The translations under genes were made by a program, and so were the position numbers. A stretch of DNA of 64,000 nucleotides from Candidatus Woesearchaeota archaeon. Lineage in GTDB: Archaea > Nanobdellota > Nanobdellia > SCGC-AAA011-G17 > CAYFGV01. Positions 1 through 9,911 of this stretch are shown here, in pieces. Where the stretch lies: positions 65,742 through 129,741 of the forward strand of contig CAYVLZ010000001.1 of assembly GCA_964452525.1 (NCBI GenBank). The letters are read 5' to 3'. Within the stretch, counting starts at the first letter, position 1; the number at the start of each line of letters is the position of its first letter. The notes under the pieces are model-generated. The model searched no databases, had not been told where the DNA came from, and saw only the letters and a list, made by a program, of their open reading frames with translations.

Positions 1-163
1 ATTCCTTGGCCTTTTTATCTTTTATTTTTAATGATTTTAGGTATTCCTCAGTTTTTTTGCTTCTGAAGTTTAATTCTTTCTCTCGTTTTTTTATTTCTTC
101 AATTTTATCTTTTAACTCTGTTAACGAGAGTGGATTTTCTTGAATTATTTCTATGTCTGACAT
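1..163 (-). CDS. Partial CDS (N-terminal 54 aa; continues past the window edge); possibly RNA polymerase subunit Rpo4/F
   Basis: ATG at complement 161-163. Translation MSDIEIIQENPLSLTELKDKIEEIKKREKELNFRSKKTEEYLKSLKIKDKKAKE lies directly downstream of rpl21e on the same strand, matching the L21e-RpoF order common in archaea. Too short for the ORF track. Confidence 0.3.
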   Translation of the reverse strand, partial: MSDIEIIQENPLSLTELKDKIEEIKKREKELNFRSKKTEEYLKSLKIKDKKAKE

Positions 164-447
164 TTTTTTAAATGAACCGGATGAACTAATACATCCTTTG
201 ATTTTCTTCCGTCTTTTATTTGTATATAGTAGCAGGAACCCTGTTTCTTTTTTACTACTCCATATTTTCCATGATATCTTGGAAAGTACATTCCTTTTTG
301 TACCGAAGGTTCTGCTTTTAGAGTTACTTTATCTCCTTCTTTGAATTCTCTGAAGTATGAAGTAAGGCTTATTTTTCCTTTTATCCTTACATTTTTCCTT
401 AGTTTATTTCTGGTTTTTCTTCGAAAACCACCAATTCTCTTAACCAT
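151..447 (-). CDS. rpl21e: 50S ribosomal protein L21e
   Basis: 98 aa, basic. FRRKTRNKL..KGKISLTSYFREFKEGDKV.LK...VQKGMYFPRYHGKYGVV matches the archaeal L21e family. Confidence 0.85.
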   Translation of the reverse strand: MVKRIGGFRRKTRNKLRKNVRIKGKISLTSYFREFKEGDKVTLKAEPSVQKGMYFPRYHGKYGVVKKKQGSCYYIQIKDGRKSKDVLVHPVHLKKCQT

Positions 448-598
448 ATTTTAATGAAGAGTGGGCGTGTTTATAAAGGTTTTTATTGATACTTTGTCCG
501 AGTGTTTAAATAGCTTAGAAATAATTTTATTAAAACATTTTTAAAGGCAGGATTAATTTTAGAAAGTATTTTATAATATGCTCGATAGATTATAATGG

Positions 599-3500
599 AT
601 GAAAAGAGGTAAAATAAAAATATTGTTTTTAAAGAATCTGGTTTTAATCATATATCTTTTTTCACTCATTCATGTAGTTCATGCAGATTCTTTTAATGGT
701 GTAATTTGGGAGCAGACAGCAGGACCTCCAGGAGGTATTTTCCATATCGTAAAGGTTAGTCCTAAAGATTCTAACTCTATCTTTGCTGGATCGACAAGGT
801 CTTTGTTTGTTTCCAGAAATGCAGGTGAAGACTGGGAAAGAGTAATCTTAACCCATGTTTCAGCAGAGCAATTTATAGGAGCAATAGAGTTTGATATTAA
901 AAATCCAAATATAATTTATGTAGGAGCGTCTGATGGAATTTTCAAATCAACTGACTATGGAAAATCCTGGGAAAAAATGCAAGAAAAAGAAAATCTAAGA
1001 ATGATTACAGCAATTGCAATAGATCCCGAAGAGAGTAATATTCTTTATGCTGGAGCTCTGAATGACGGAGACAGCAGGATTTTCAAATCAACAGATTCAG
1101 GAGAAACCTGGAAAGATATAACTAATAATCTGCATATTAAAGAGATAAATTCTATTATAGTGGATAAAAAAGATAGTATTTGGATGGGGGCAGGCCATGA
1201 AATGGCAAAAGAAGGCTCCCTATATCATTCAACAGATGGTGGTTCCTCATGGAAGGTTATTGATATTGGAGCTCAAAAAGAAACTTTTGTAAGTGAAATC
1301 GCCCTAGACCCTTTTGATTCTAATCATATTATAGTAGGGCTTGCAGATGCTTTTAATAGAGGGGGTGAATTTTCTGAGCATCATTTTGAAACCAGAGATG
1401 GAGGAAAAACATGGAATAAGATGATATATTCATCTGGTCCTTCTTGTCCTGATATTCCTCAACCGAATCCAACCGACATAGAGTTTTCAAGATCAAAAAA
1501 AGGAATATTTTACATGATTAGTCCAGCTCATAAAACAACAGATGGCGGAAAAACGTTTTGTGGATTAGGAGGATGGCAAAAAATAGAAGATTTTGGAACA
1601 GCAGAGCAGACATCAATTGCAACTGATCCTAATAATGAAAATATCTTATATGCTACTTATATTGGCCAGGGCATTGCAAAATCTACTGACGAAGGAAAAA
1701 CATGGTGGCTAGCAAATAAAGGATTAATTAATCCTGCTGTTACTAACATTGCTGTTCATCCAACTGATGAAAAAGTAGTTTATGTTTCTGGAGGAGATGG
1801 TTCAGGGACATGGAAAACCGAAGACAGAGGAGAAACATGGGGAATATTAAACAAAGGAGGCATTACTCATCCGTGGGTTGACGAACTCGCTACAGAGCCT
1901 GCAAATGGAAATATTGTTTATGATATTGCCGACATTGGTAACATTTACAGATCAGAAGATGCAGGAATGGCCTGGGAGCAGATAAATAATGGTTTTAGTT
2001 TTTCTTCAATATACGCTATGGCTGTACACCCAACTGATGAGGAAGTTGTGTATGTTATAAACAATGGACAGGGAATGTTTAAAGGAAATTGTAGGCATAA
2101 TGAATGTGATTGGAGATACCTTCTTGGTTCTCCTGATTATTCTTACTCCATAGCAATTGACCCTGAAAATCCTAATATAATCTATAGTGGTTATAACAAA
2201 AAAGTGTTTGAAAAAGAATCAAAAGTTTACCGCTCAGAAGATGCTGGAGAGTCGTGGGGTGTTTCTTTAGCAATCCCTTCAGCTCAGGCTGTTACTTCAG
2301 TAGCTATTGATAAGCAAAATCCAAATAATGTTTATGCAGGAGCAACAGGAAAAAAAGGGGAGATTTATGTAAGTAATGATAAGGGTGTTTCCTGGGATAA
2401 GTTAAATAATAAATTTACATTCTCAACAATCCACACAATTACAGTTGATCCAAATAACGAAGAAGTAGTTTATTCTGCTCCGTGGGGCGCTGGTTTGTTC
2501 GTTTCAGAAGATGCTGGTGGAAGCTGGACAAAAATAGATACTCCAACAATTTCAATTCCAGCTATAATAGTAGATTCTAAAAACTCTAACCACATTATTA
2601 TTGCTGATAGAACAAAACCAAAAATATACCAATCATATGACAAAGGCAAAACATGGAAAGAATTAGTTTCTTTAGATGAAGAAAAATATTATCGTATCAG
2701 TACTATAGCATTGTATAATGGAGAGATTTATTTCTCTGTCTTTAATAAAATAACAGGGATGATATCTTTGTTTATTAATGGTCCTATGTCTGGAACAAAT
2801 TTCAGGTTAGATTTGAATGATCCTCAAGCTGAGCCTGTTGAATTTTCAAAAGTAATAGATGGAAAAATAATAATAGACTTTTTTTCAAAAGACAAGCTTT
2901 ATGCAGTAAGCCATGTTTATGGTGTATATGAATATGATGGCAGCAAATGGAAAGATATTTCTCCTGATATAGATATGGGCTTTAATAACATAATAGCTGA
3001 TGACAATAAATTATATTTAACAGGTGCATCAGATATTGATCTGGACATGAATTTTAGATTAGAAGGCAATCCTAGCCAAGAAAATATTATCAGCAATATT
3101 TACAGGAGTGAAGATAATGGAAATAGTTGGATACCCTTACTTGAGAACAATCCCTTTAAGAGTAGCACTAAGAAATTATTAAAGCATCCTAGTAAAGACA
3201 TTTTATTTGCTGTTACTGCTACAGGATTATACGTTTCAGATGATAACGGAAAAACATGGAAACAGCATAACAAAGGTTTGAATTTCAAAAACACTGGTTC
3301 AATGGCAATGAGCAACAATTACATCTATGTTGGAACCTTGGGCGGGGGAGTCTATTCAGGGAAAATAAATCCAGACAACTCCATTTCATGGGTAGAAAGT
3401 AATGGACCATTCCCAGAAATCTTTAATATCCAACTAAAAGTAGACCCGACTGATTCAAATGTTATTTATGCAACATCTTACCCTGGAGGAGTTTTTAAGT

Positions 3501-4924
3501 CAACAGATAAAGGCAATACATGGATTGAAATAAATTTTGCAATGCCAAGTTTTGAAGTTACTGATCCTTTAAGACAGGGGTATTATGCTTTGGATATTGA
3601 TCTTCTGAATACAAATAATCTGTATTTAGGAATTGCTAGTAAAGGGGTTTACAAGTCAACAGATGGTGGAGCAACATGGATGCCTATGTATGGAAAGTTC
3701 GGCCAAAATAAAGAGATTATGAGAGAAGAAATATACGCAATAAAGACTGATCCAATAAAAGAAGATACTATTTATCTTGCTACAAATAATGGAGTATACT
3801 TCTCTAATGATGGTGCTGAGAATTGGGAACAGATAAATAACGGACTTGTCACTAAAGACATTAAAACTCTTGAAGTGAATAAAGGAAAAGTTTTTGTAGG
3901 AAGCAGGGGGTATGGATTATATTATCTTGATAAAGGATATGATCATTGGTTTGGGCCTTTTGGAGTTTCTAATTTTGGCGTCTTTTGGCATTGGTGGGAA
4001 AGACCGCTATATCTTTACAACGCTATGCTGATAAATCCTTTTTACCCAAATATCATTTATCTAGGAACATTTCCGGGAGGATTTTACAAATCTGTCGATA
4101 AAGGAGAAACTTGGAAAGAAACAAACCTGGGATTTACAATAGATGGTACATTTGCCATGGAATTTCACCCTTACAATAAAAGCATCATCTATGCAGGAAC
4201 TTATAATGGCGTATCAATATCTGAAGATAAGGGAAAGACATGGAGAAAAATAGAAGAGGGAATGCCTTCAGAACAATGGGTTTTTTCCTTTGCTTTTGAT
4301 CCCAGAAATCCAGATATAATTTATGCTACATCAAAAAACGGGCAAAACAAGGGCTTCTGTGGAAGAAATGATTTTTGTGGAGGGGTTTTTAAATCAGTTG
4401 ATGGTGGGGAAAACTGGATTGAACTTACCAATGGGCTCGGTGAAATGCAGGAATATTACCAGATCATCATGTATCCTTTTAACTATGATGTTTTGTTTGT
4501 AAGCAGCACAAATGGAGTCCATATAACTTTAGATGCTGGAAAGACATGGCAAGATTTTTCATCAGGACTTGAAGGGATATCATCTGCAGCAAAAAATAAT
4601 GTAGCAAACAACATGAAAATAGATAGATTAGGAGAGTTTCTTTATCTTGGAACACAAGGACTTGGAGTTTTCAAAGCAGATCTTAGGGAGCTTGATCTTC
4701 CCAAATCAGACGATGTTTACCCTTTGCATTGTTTTAATTATAAAAAAGACAGCGATGAAAAAGGAATAGATTGCGGAGGAGATTGTGCTGTTAGTTGTGA
4801 GGGTTATGATTATGGATTTGAAGAAAAGATTGATATTGGATATAGAAAAGAAAATCTTGTAGAAGATATAGGTTTTCTTCAAAGTATAATAAATTGGTTT
4901 AAGTCTTTGCTTAATTATATTTGA
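599..4924 (+). CDS. Very large (1441 aa) secreted protein with many BNR/Asp-box (SxDxGxTW) repeats, likely a beta-propeller surface protein; Cys-rich C-terminal module
   Basis: N-terminal signal/TM segment. More than 15 copies of STDxGxxW / SxDGGxTW motifs. C-terminal CGGDCAVSCEG motif. Confidence 0.7.
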   Translation: MKRGKIKILFLKNLVLIIYLFSLIHVVHADSFNGVIWEQTAGPPGGIFHIVKVSPKDSNSIFAGSTRSLFVSRNAGEDWERVILTHVSAEQFIGAIEFDIKNPNIIYVGASDGIFKSTDYGKSWEKMQEKENLRMITAIAIDPEESNILYAGALNDGDSRIFKSTDSGETWKDITNNLHIKEINSIIVDKKDSIWMGAGHEMAKEGSLYHSTDGGSSWKVIDIGAQKETFVSEIALDPFDSNHIIVGLADAFNRGGEFSEHHFETRDGGKTWNKMIYSSGPSCPDIPQPNPTDIEFSRSKKGIFYMISPAHKTTDGGKTFCGLGGWQKIEDFGTAEQTSIATDPNNENILYATYIGQGIAKSTDEGKTWWLANKGLINPAVTNIAVHPTDEKVVYVSGGDGSGTWKTEDRGETWGILNKGGITHPWVDELATEPANGNIVYDIADIGNIYRSEDAGMAWEQINNGFSFSSIYAMAVHPTDEEVVYVINNGQGMFKGNCRHNECDWRYLLGSPDYSYSIAIDPENPNIIYSGYNKKVFEKESKVYRSEDAGESWGVSLAIPSAQAVTSVAIDKQNPNNVYAGATGKKGEIYVSNDKGVSWDKLNNKFTFSTIHTITVDPNNEEVVYSAPWGAGLFVSEDAGGSWTKIDTPTISIPAIIVDSKNSNHIIIADRTKPKIYQSYDKGKTWKELVSLDEEKYYRISTIALYNGEIYFSVFNKITGMISLFINGPMSGTNFRLDLNDPQAEPVEFSKVIDGKIIIDFFSKDKLYAVSHVYGVYEYDGSKWKDISPDIDMGFNNIIADDNKLYLTGASDIDLDMNFRLEGNPSQENIISNIYRSEDNGNSWIPLLENNPFKSSTKKLLKHPSKDILFAVTATGLYVSDDNGKTWKQHNKGLNFKNTGSMAMSNNYIYVGTLGGGVYSGKINPDNSISWVESNGPFPEIFNIQLKVDPTDSNVIYATSYPGGVFKSTDKGNTWIEINFAMPSFEVTDPLRQGYYALDIDLLNTNNLYLGIASKGVYKSTDGGATWMPMYGKFGQNKEIMREEIYAIKTDPIKEDTIYLATNNGVYFSNDGAENWEQINNGLVTKDIKTLEVNKGKVFVGSRGYGLYYLDKGYDHWFGPFGVSNFGVFWHWWERPLYLYNAMLINPFYPNIIYLGTFPGGFYKSVDKGETWKETNLGFTIDGTFAMEFHPYNKSIIYAGTYNGVSISEDKGKTWRKIEEGMPSEQWVFSFAFDPRNPDIIYATSKNGQNKGFCGRNDFCGGVFKSVDGGENWIELTNGLGEMQEYYQIIMYPFNYDVLFVSSTNGVHITLDAGKTWQDFSSGLEGISSAAKNNVANNMKIDRLGEFLYLGTQGLGVFKADLRELDLPKSDDVYPLHCFNYKKDSDEKGIDCGGDCAVSCEGYDYGFEEKIDIGYRKENLVEDIGFLQSIINWFKSLLNYI

Positions 4925-4951
4925 TTAAGATAATTTTATGAGAATTAGGGT

Positions 4952-5227
4952 TTAAGCTTTATCTAATTTGCTTAATAATTTATCTAAGGCAAAAAATAAA
5001 TTCTTATCTGAGACTTCCTCTACTGTTTCCTTTCCAGCGATGGTTAAATTACCTTTGACTTCGTTTTTTTCCTTGTTTTTTAGTTCTATGATTATCTTTT
5101 CAAAGTCTTTTTTAGAATCAGCAATCTTCTTAACGTAATTACCAATCATCTTCTTTGCTACAATCAATCTTTCAGGCTCAAGGTCATCAAAGTTGATGAG
5201 TTCTATGTTGCCGCCTATCTCTACCAT
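4952..5227 (-). CDS. Hypothetical small protein (91 aa)
   Basis: Intact ORF with good coding appearance; no recognisable family. Confidence 0.4.
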   Translation of the reverse strand: MVEIGGNIELINFDDLEPERLIVAKKMIGNYVKKIADSKKDFEKIIIELKNKEKNEVKGNLTIAGKETVEEVSDKNLFFALDKLLSKLDKA

Positions 5228-5376
5228 ACCATAAATTAGTTTATATACTACAATTTAAGCTTTTCTATTTCAAATTTTATATAATTTAGTTACTATCCTA
5301 TAATAGTGTCAAATAGTAAGATTTATAAAGGAATAGAATATCCTGATTTCTGGAGGTATTATCAATTGGTAATAAA

Positions 5377-6504
5377 GTGAAAGTTAAAAATTTTATAAGA
5401 AAAGTTGTTACATTGCCTGTTGTTTTGGCTACGTTGGCAAGTCCTGTTAGGGGCCAGTGTGTTGATCATAAGGCAAAGATATACCCTGGAGAAGGGGATC
5501 CTAATGTTCTTTTGAATTTAATTGGGCCAGCTACTTATCCAGTAGTTAAAGTTGGCAATGATGGTTTGGAGTTTAATTACGGCACTGACGAGGGCAATCA
5601 TATTGTTTATGAAGGCAATGGTGCTGGAGATATTGTAGGTAACCTAGATAAATATCTTGAGAATGATGGTTGTAGATTATACACAGATTGTGGAGAAGAT
5701 TCTAAAAGAAGAAATTTAGCAAATATAATTGAGAAAGAGGGCGAAGATGTTGTTAAGTTTAGAGAAGCTATCAAAGATGGTAAATTGAGCCCTGAAGAAG
5801 TATATGAGTTAAGAGATTCAGAAGGAACTTATGGATTGTGGGTTTTGTCAAAAGATGATAAAACAGGAAATGTTGAGGCTAGTGTTCCCGTTTTATTGGA
5901 TATAGATTATACGGAGCCTGGAAAAGTTGTTGATGTTACTGTAGATTATGGAGATTCTTGTCAAGTTAAGGATGAAGATGTCTCTGGATATAATAACTGG
6001 AAGGTCGCTGGTGGAGCAAGAATTTTTGAGGAAGGTGAAGCTCCCGAATTTAGCATAGTTGGTTATCTTAGCGATAAATTTGGTATTGGTGGATATGCTA
6101 GTTTTGGGCCTAGCCATGAAAATTATGATCTAGAGTTAATAACCGGTGATCCTAGTCCTGAAGGTATTCATGGAGAAGGGAGAATAGAAACTAAATCCGA
6201 TAAAAATTATACTAGTTTTGGACCAGTGTTCTCTTTTAGATCTGGAAACTGGAGTTTTGATGTTGCTCCGGGTATTGGAAAGGTCAGTAAAAAGAAAGAT
6301 GAGAGACATGTTGCAAGATTATTAAGAGGAGATGAAGTATTAGATCAAGATATTGATGTTTGCCATAAGGAAGATTCTTATTGGACTGGAGACGTAAGTG
6401 GTAATGTTAATATTCCACTTGGAGATAATGTTTCGGCATACGTTGGAGCAGGAAGTTTAAACGGAGATGGTTATGGTAAAATCGGAGCGGGGGTTAGATT
6501 TTGA
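5377..6504 (+). CDS. Secreted hypothetical protein (signal peptide)
   Basis: N-terminal hydrophobic signal (VVTLPVVLATLASPVRG), Gly/Asp-rich. 4-nt overlap (ATGA) with the next gene suggests an operon. Confidence 0.5.
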   Translation: MKVKNFIRKVVTLPVVLATLASPVRGQCVDHKAKIYPGEGDPNVLLNLIGPATYPVVKVGNDGLEFNYGTDEGNHIVYEGNGAGDIVGNLDKYLENDGCRLYTDCGEDSKRRNLANIIEKEGEDVVKFREAIKDGKLSPEEVYELRDSEGTYGLWVLSKDDKTGNVEASVPVLLDIDYTEPGKVVDVTVDYGDSCQVKDEDVSGYNNWKVAGGARIFEEGEAPEFSIVGYLSDKFGIGGYASFGPSHENYDLELITGDPSPEGIHGEGRIETKSDKNYTSFGPVFSFRSGNWSFDVAPGIGKVSKKKDERHVARLLRGDEVLDQDIDVCHKEDSYWTGDVSGNVNIPLGDNVSAYVGAGSLNGDGYGKIGAGVRF

Positions 6505-8105
6505 AAATGAATAAGAAATTATTTTCTTTAATATTTGCAATGCTTTTAATAAGCGGAGTTGCTTTTGCAGCTCTTGCTTTAGTTGGTTATTGGACTGGTA
6601 ACCAGGAAAGTACATTGCAGATAGATGAAGGCGAGAGTGCAGAATTTTATGCACATTTCTTTACTACACAGAAGCCTGTGGAGTATAGTGTAAAACTTTA
6701 TGATAATGGTTATTTAATTTATACTTTTGATGATAGGACAATAAACAGTTATGATTATTGGAGTTATTATACTGTTAATGAAGCTAAGTATGGAGAAGCT
6801 GGAACTTATACTGTTGAAATCAGGGGGGAAGATGCTGGTGGAAGCATCAGTACAAAGATTTTGACTTTAATAGTTAATGAAGTTAGTGAACCAGAAGATT
6901 TAGAATTTACTGGTATAGATGTAAGTGCTTATCCTAAAAGTGGAGAAGAACCATTGACAGTTAGCTTTACTTGTAATGCTGAAGGTGGTAATACGCCTAT
7001 TACTTATTCATGGAGTTTTGGAGATTATGCATTGAGTAATGAGCAAAATCCAACACATACTTATTACGATGAAGGAGTTTATTATGCTGTATGTACTGCG
7101 CATGATGCTGATGATGATGTAATAAGTGATGAAGTTAGGATTGATGTTTATGGATCTCAGGAAATTAATGAAGCTCCTGTATTAGCAGGAATTCCAGATG
7201 TTCATGTTGAAAGTGATGAAGAAGCTGTAAACATTGTTGATTTATGGAAATATACTTCTGACGACCATGATAACGATGCAGAATTAAGCTTTAATATTAT
7301 AAGTCAGACTAATCCTGGTTTAATAGGATGTACAATAATGTCTGATAGATATGTTAGTTGTAATAGACCTCATTCAGATTATGGATATAGTGATATAACT
7401 GTAAGGGTAATTGATACTGGTGGTTTGGCTGATACAGATATGTTTAGAATTACTGTTATTAGTGATGGAGATGAAAATAGAGCTCCTGTATTAGAACATA
7501 TCGGAGATCAGACTGCAAGGGTTGGTAAGAGATTCTACTTAGATGTAGATGCTTATGATCCTGATGGAGATAAGTTATACTTTAAAGACAATACTGATCT
7601 GTTTGATATTAATAGAGATACGGGTGAGATTGTATTTACTCCTGATAAACACGAGATTGGGACACATAGTGTTACTGTTTGTGTAAGAGACAGATTTGAT
7701 TACATTGAAGGAACTTTGGAAGATTGCGAAACTTTTGATATTAAGATTAAGAGTAAGCCTTCTGGAGATGATGATGACGATGATGACGATGATGATGAAG
7801 ATGAAGGTAGAACTGAGATTACCTTTAATGATTGTCTAGATGATGGAGATGGAGATAAATATGGAACTTATAAACAGATAACAAGAGAATATGATGAGGA
7901 CGGAGATTTAATTGATGAAGATATTGTAGAGATGACATGTGTATTGCCTAGCGATGGAGATGGATTTATAGTGAATATTGGTGATGGATTTAAACAAGAA
8001 GAGAAGAAACTAGATCCATTCTGGATATTTATAACAGCGTTATTGTTTGTAGCATTAATGTTATTGATTATATTCAGTATCTATAAACTTGTAAAGAGGT
8101 ATTAA
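6501..8105 (+). CDS. Surface protein with PKD-like domain(s), poly-Asp tract and C-terminal TM anchor
   Basis: Signal peptide. PKD-like motif (TYSWSFGDY...NPTHTY). D10EDE acidic tract. C-terminal hydrophobic helix followed by KLVKRY. Confidence 0.6.
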   Translation: MKMNKKLFSLIFAMLLISGVAFAALALVGYWTGNQESTLQIDEGESAEFYAHFFTTQKPVEYSVKLYDNGYLIYTFDDRTINSYDYWSYYTVNEAKYGEAGTYTVEIRGEDAGGSISTKILTLIVNEVSEPEDLEFTGIDVSAYPKSGEEPLTVSFTCNAEGGNTPITYSWSFGDYALSNEQNPTHTYYDEGVYYAVCTAHDADDDVISDEVRIDVYGSQEINEAPVLAGIPDVHVESDEEAVNIVDLWKYTSDDHDNDAELSFNIISQTNPGLIGCTIMSDRYVSCNRPHSDYGYSDITVRVIDTGGLADTDMFRITVISDGDENRAPVLEHIGDQTARVGKRFYLDVDAYDPDGDKLYFKDNTDLFDINRDTGEIVFTPDKHEIGTHSVTVCVRDRFDYIEGTLEDCETFDIKIKSKPSGDDDDDDDDDDEDEGRTEITFNDCLDDGDGDKYGTYKQITREYDEDGDLIDEDIVEMTCVLPSDGDGFIVNIGDGFKQEEKKLDPFWIFITALLFVALMLLIIFSIYKLVKRY

Positions 8106-8167
8106 CTTTATTTCTTTTTCTTAACTTATTTTTAGTTACAAAATTTTAAATAGTTCTTAATCTTAGG

Positions 8168-9088
8168 TTGGTTATGGCTAAGAGAAAAAGTAAGAAACAA
8201 AGCAAATGGATTTATGTTTTAATAGTTTTTATTGGAATAGCTTCCATATTCTTAATGGTTGATTTTTTTATTAATTTAAATGTGGATATTAGTGATAAAA
8301 TAGCTGTAATACCGATACATGGAACCATAACCATGGGAGGATCTAGTTTTCTTGGAGGTGAAGTAGCTTCTAGTGAAGACATTGTTGAGTTGATTAAGAA
8401 AGCTGATGAAGATGTAAGTGTTAAGGCAATTATATTGGATATTAATAGTCCTGGTGGTGCGGTTGTGGCTAGTGAAGAAATAGCTATGGCTGTCAAGGAT
8501 GTTGATAAACCCGTTGTTTCTTTGATTAGAGAGGTTGGTGCTAGTGGTGGTTATTGGGTTGCAAGTGCTGGTAACATAATTGTTGCTAGTCCCATGAGCA
8601 TTACTGGAAGCATAGGAGTTTTAAGCTCTTATTTACAGATATCAGATTTGATGGAAAACTATGGAATAGAATATGAAAGATTAGTGGCAGGACAGTACAA
8701 GGATGCGGGAAGCCCTTTTAAGGAGTTAACTAGTGCTGAGAGGAATATTATACAGAACAAATTGAATAAGATTCATAGATATTTTATTGAGCAGGTTGCA
8801 ATGAATAGAAATATGGAATATGAAGAAGTTGAAGAATTAGCAACAGGAATTTATTATCTTGGAATAGAGGCTGTAGATATTGGATTAGTGGATGAACTTG
8901 GTGGTAAAGATGAGGCTATTGAAATAGCTGAGCAAGCATCTGGAATAGAAGACGCAGATATAATAATCTTGGAGAGGAAGAGAACAGTCTTTGATGTTTT
9001 TAATGGGATAAGTGCAGAGGTCTCTTATTATATTGGTAAAGGGATGGGAAATGCCTTTACTGATTTTAATGCAAATCCTAAAGTTTAA
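8168..9088 (+). CDS. sppA: Signal peptide peptidase SppA (S49 family, 36K type)
   Basis: N-terminal TM. ILDINSPGGAVVASEEI and GASGGYWVASAG motifs typical of the ClpP/crotonase-fold S49 peptidases. Confidence 0.8.
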   Translation: MVMAKRKSKKQSKWIYVLIVFIGIASIFLMVDFFINLNVDISDKIAVIPIHGTITMGGSSFLGGEVASSEDIVELIKKADEDVSVKAIILDINSPGGAVVASEEIAMAVKDVDKPVVSLIREVGASGGYWVASAGNIIVASPMSITGSIGVLSSYLQISDLMENYGIEYERLVAGQYKDAGSPFKELTSAERNIIQNKLNKIHRYFIEQVAMNRNMEYEEVEELATGIYYLGIEAVDIGLVDELGGKDEAIEIAEQASGIEDADIIILERKRTVFDVFNGISAEVSYYIGKGMGNAFTDFNANPKV

Positions 9089-9124
9089 TGGAAAGTTTTT
9101 TAAGACATTAAAGTTTAATTATTT

Positions 9125-9385
9125 TGTAGGCTAGACTGGGCTGGTAGCCGTAGCTTGTAACCGTAAATCGGCTTTATGACGGGGTTGAAGTCTGGTGAGG
9201 TTCAAGATTTAGTTAGTGGTCTTGGTCCGTACGTTGATCCTTTGTCCTGTAGGGTCGGTAGTTTTGAGAATCTAGTCAGGATGGGAACATAGCAGCTATA
9301 ATCATTACTACTGGCGCTTATGGGGTAACAAGGGGGAGGAAAGATCAAGGTTAAGCCATTGGCTAGATCTTGTATCGAATCCAGG
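9125..9385 (+). ncRNA. Putative signal recognition particle RNA (7S/SRP RNA)
   Basis: GC-rich ~260-nt island in an AT-rich intergenic region. Contains GUCAGGAUGGGAACAUAGCAGC, resembling the conserved SRP RNA helix-8 motif GUCAGGCCGGAAGGGAGCAGC. 5' hairpin GGCUAGACUGGGCUGGUAGCC. Boundaries approximate. Confidence 0.5.
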
Positions 9386-9390
9386 CATGC

Positions 9391-9870
9391 CTACTTCATT
9401 ATTTCACTTCTAATTTCTAAGATTATGTCACCAAGATTTTGAGCTATTGTAGAATACATTTTTTGTATTATTACTTGATACATGGTTTCTTTTAATGGAC
9501 CTGAGCAATATTCAATGTTCTCCGAAGTTTTTGATATCATATCGAATGTTATTTCTTCTTTCGGTATTTTACAGTCCATGTCTTTTCCGAGAAATATATC
9601 TGTTTCAGGAGACGAATCTTTGATGTCAACTATTTTTACATTTATAACACATCTATCTCCTTCAGAACCTTTTACAGTATAAAGGAATGTTGTTTCGTTA
9701 TTCTCAATTAAAACTCTGGCTTTATTACATTTGCTTGCAGCTTTATTGAAACAGAGTTTATCGTCGTTACAGTTTTTTTCATAACCGATATAGAAAACTA
9801 CAAAAATAATGAAAAGCATTACCAAGATAGGTATTGCTTTATTTGAAGACCTCTTTTTTGGTTTTTTCAT
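9391..9870 (-). CDS. Membrane-anchored hypothetical protein
   Basis: N-terminal basic stretch plus TM helix (IPILVMLFIIFVVFYIGY); Cys-containing ectodomain. Confidence 0.45.
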   Translation of the reverse strand: MKKPKKRSSNKAIPILVMLFIIFVVFYIGYEKNCNDDKLCFNKAASKCNKARVLIENNETTFLYTVKGSEGDRCVINVKIVDIKDSSPETDIFLGKDMDCKIPKEEITFDMISKTSENIEYCSGPLKETMYQVIIQKMYSTIAQNLGDIILEIRSEIMK

Positions 9871-9911
9871 ATCACTAATTTTTTGATATTGGTGTTTTTA
9901 TGTTTTTTGGT

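Noticed and set aside
9100-9390. Considered RNase P RNA for the GC-rich island
   Set aside because: No CR-I/CR-V-like GGAAAGUCCGGGC / ACAGAA consensus seen, whereas an SRP helix-8-like GUCAGG..GGAA..AGCAGC motif is present. Assigned to SRP RNA at moderate confidence only.
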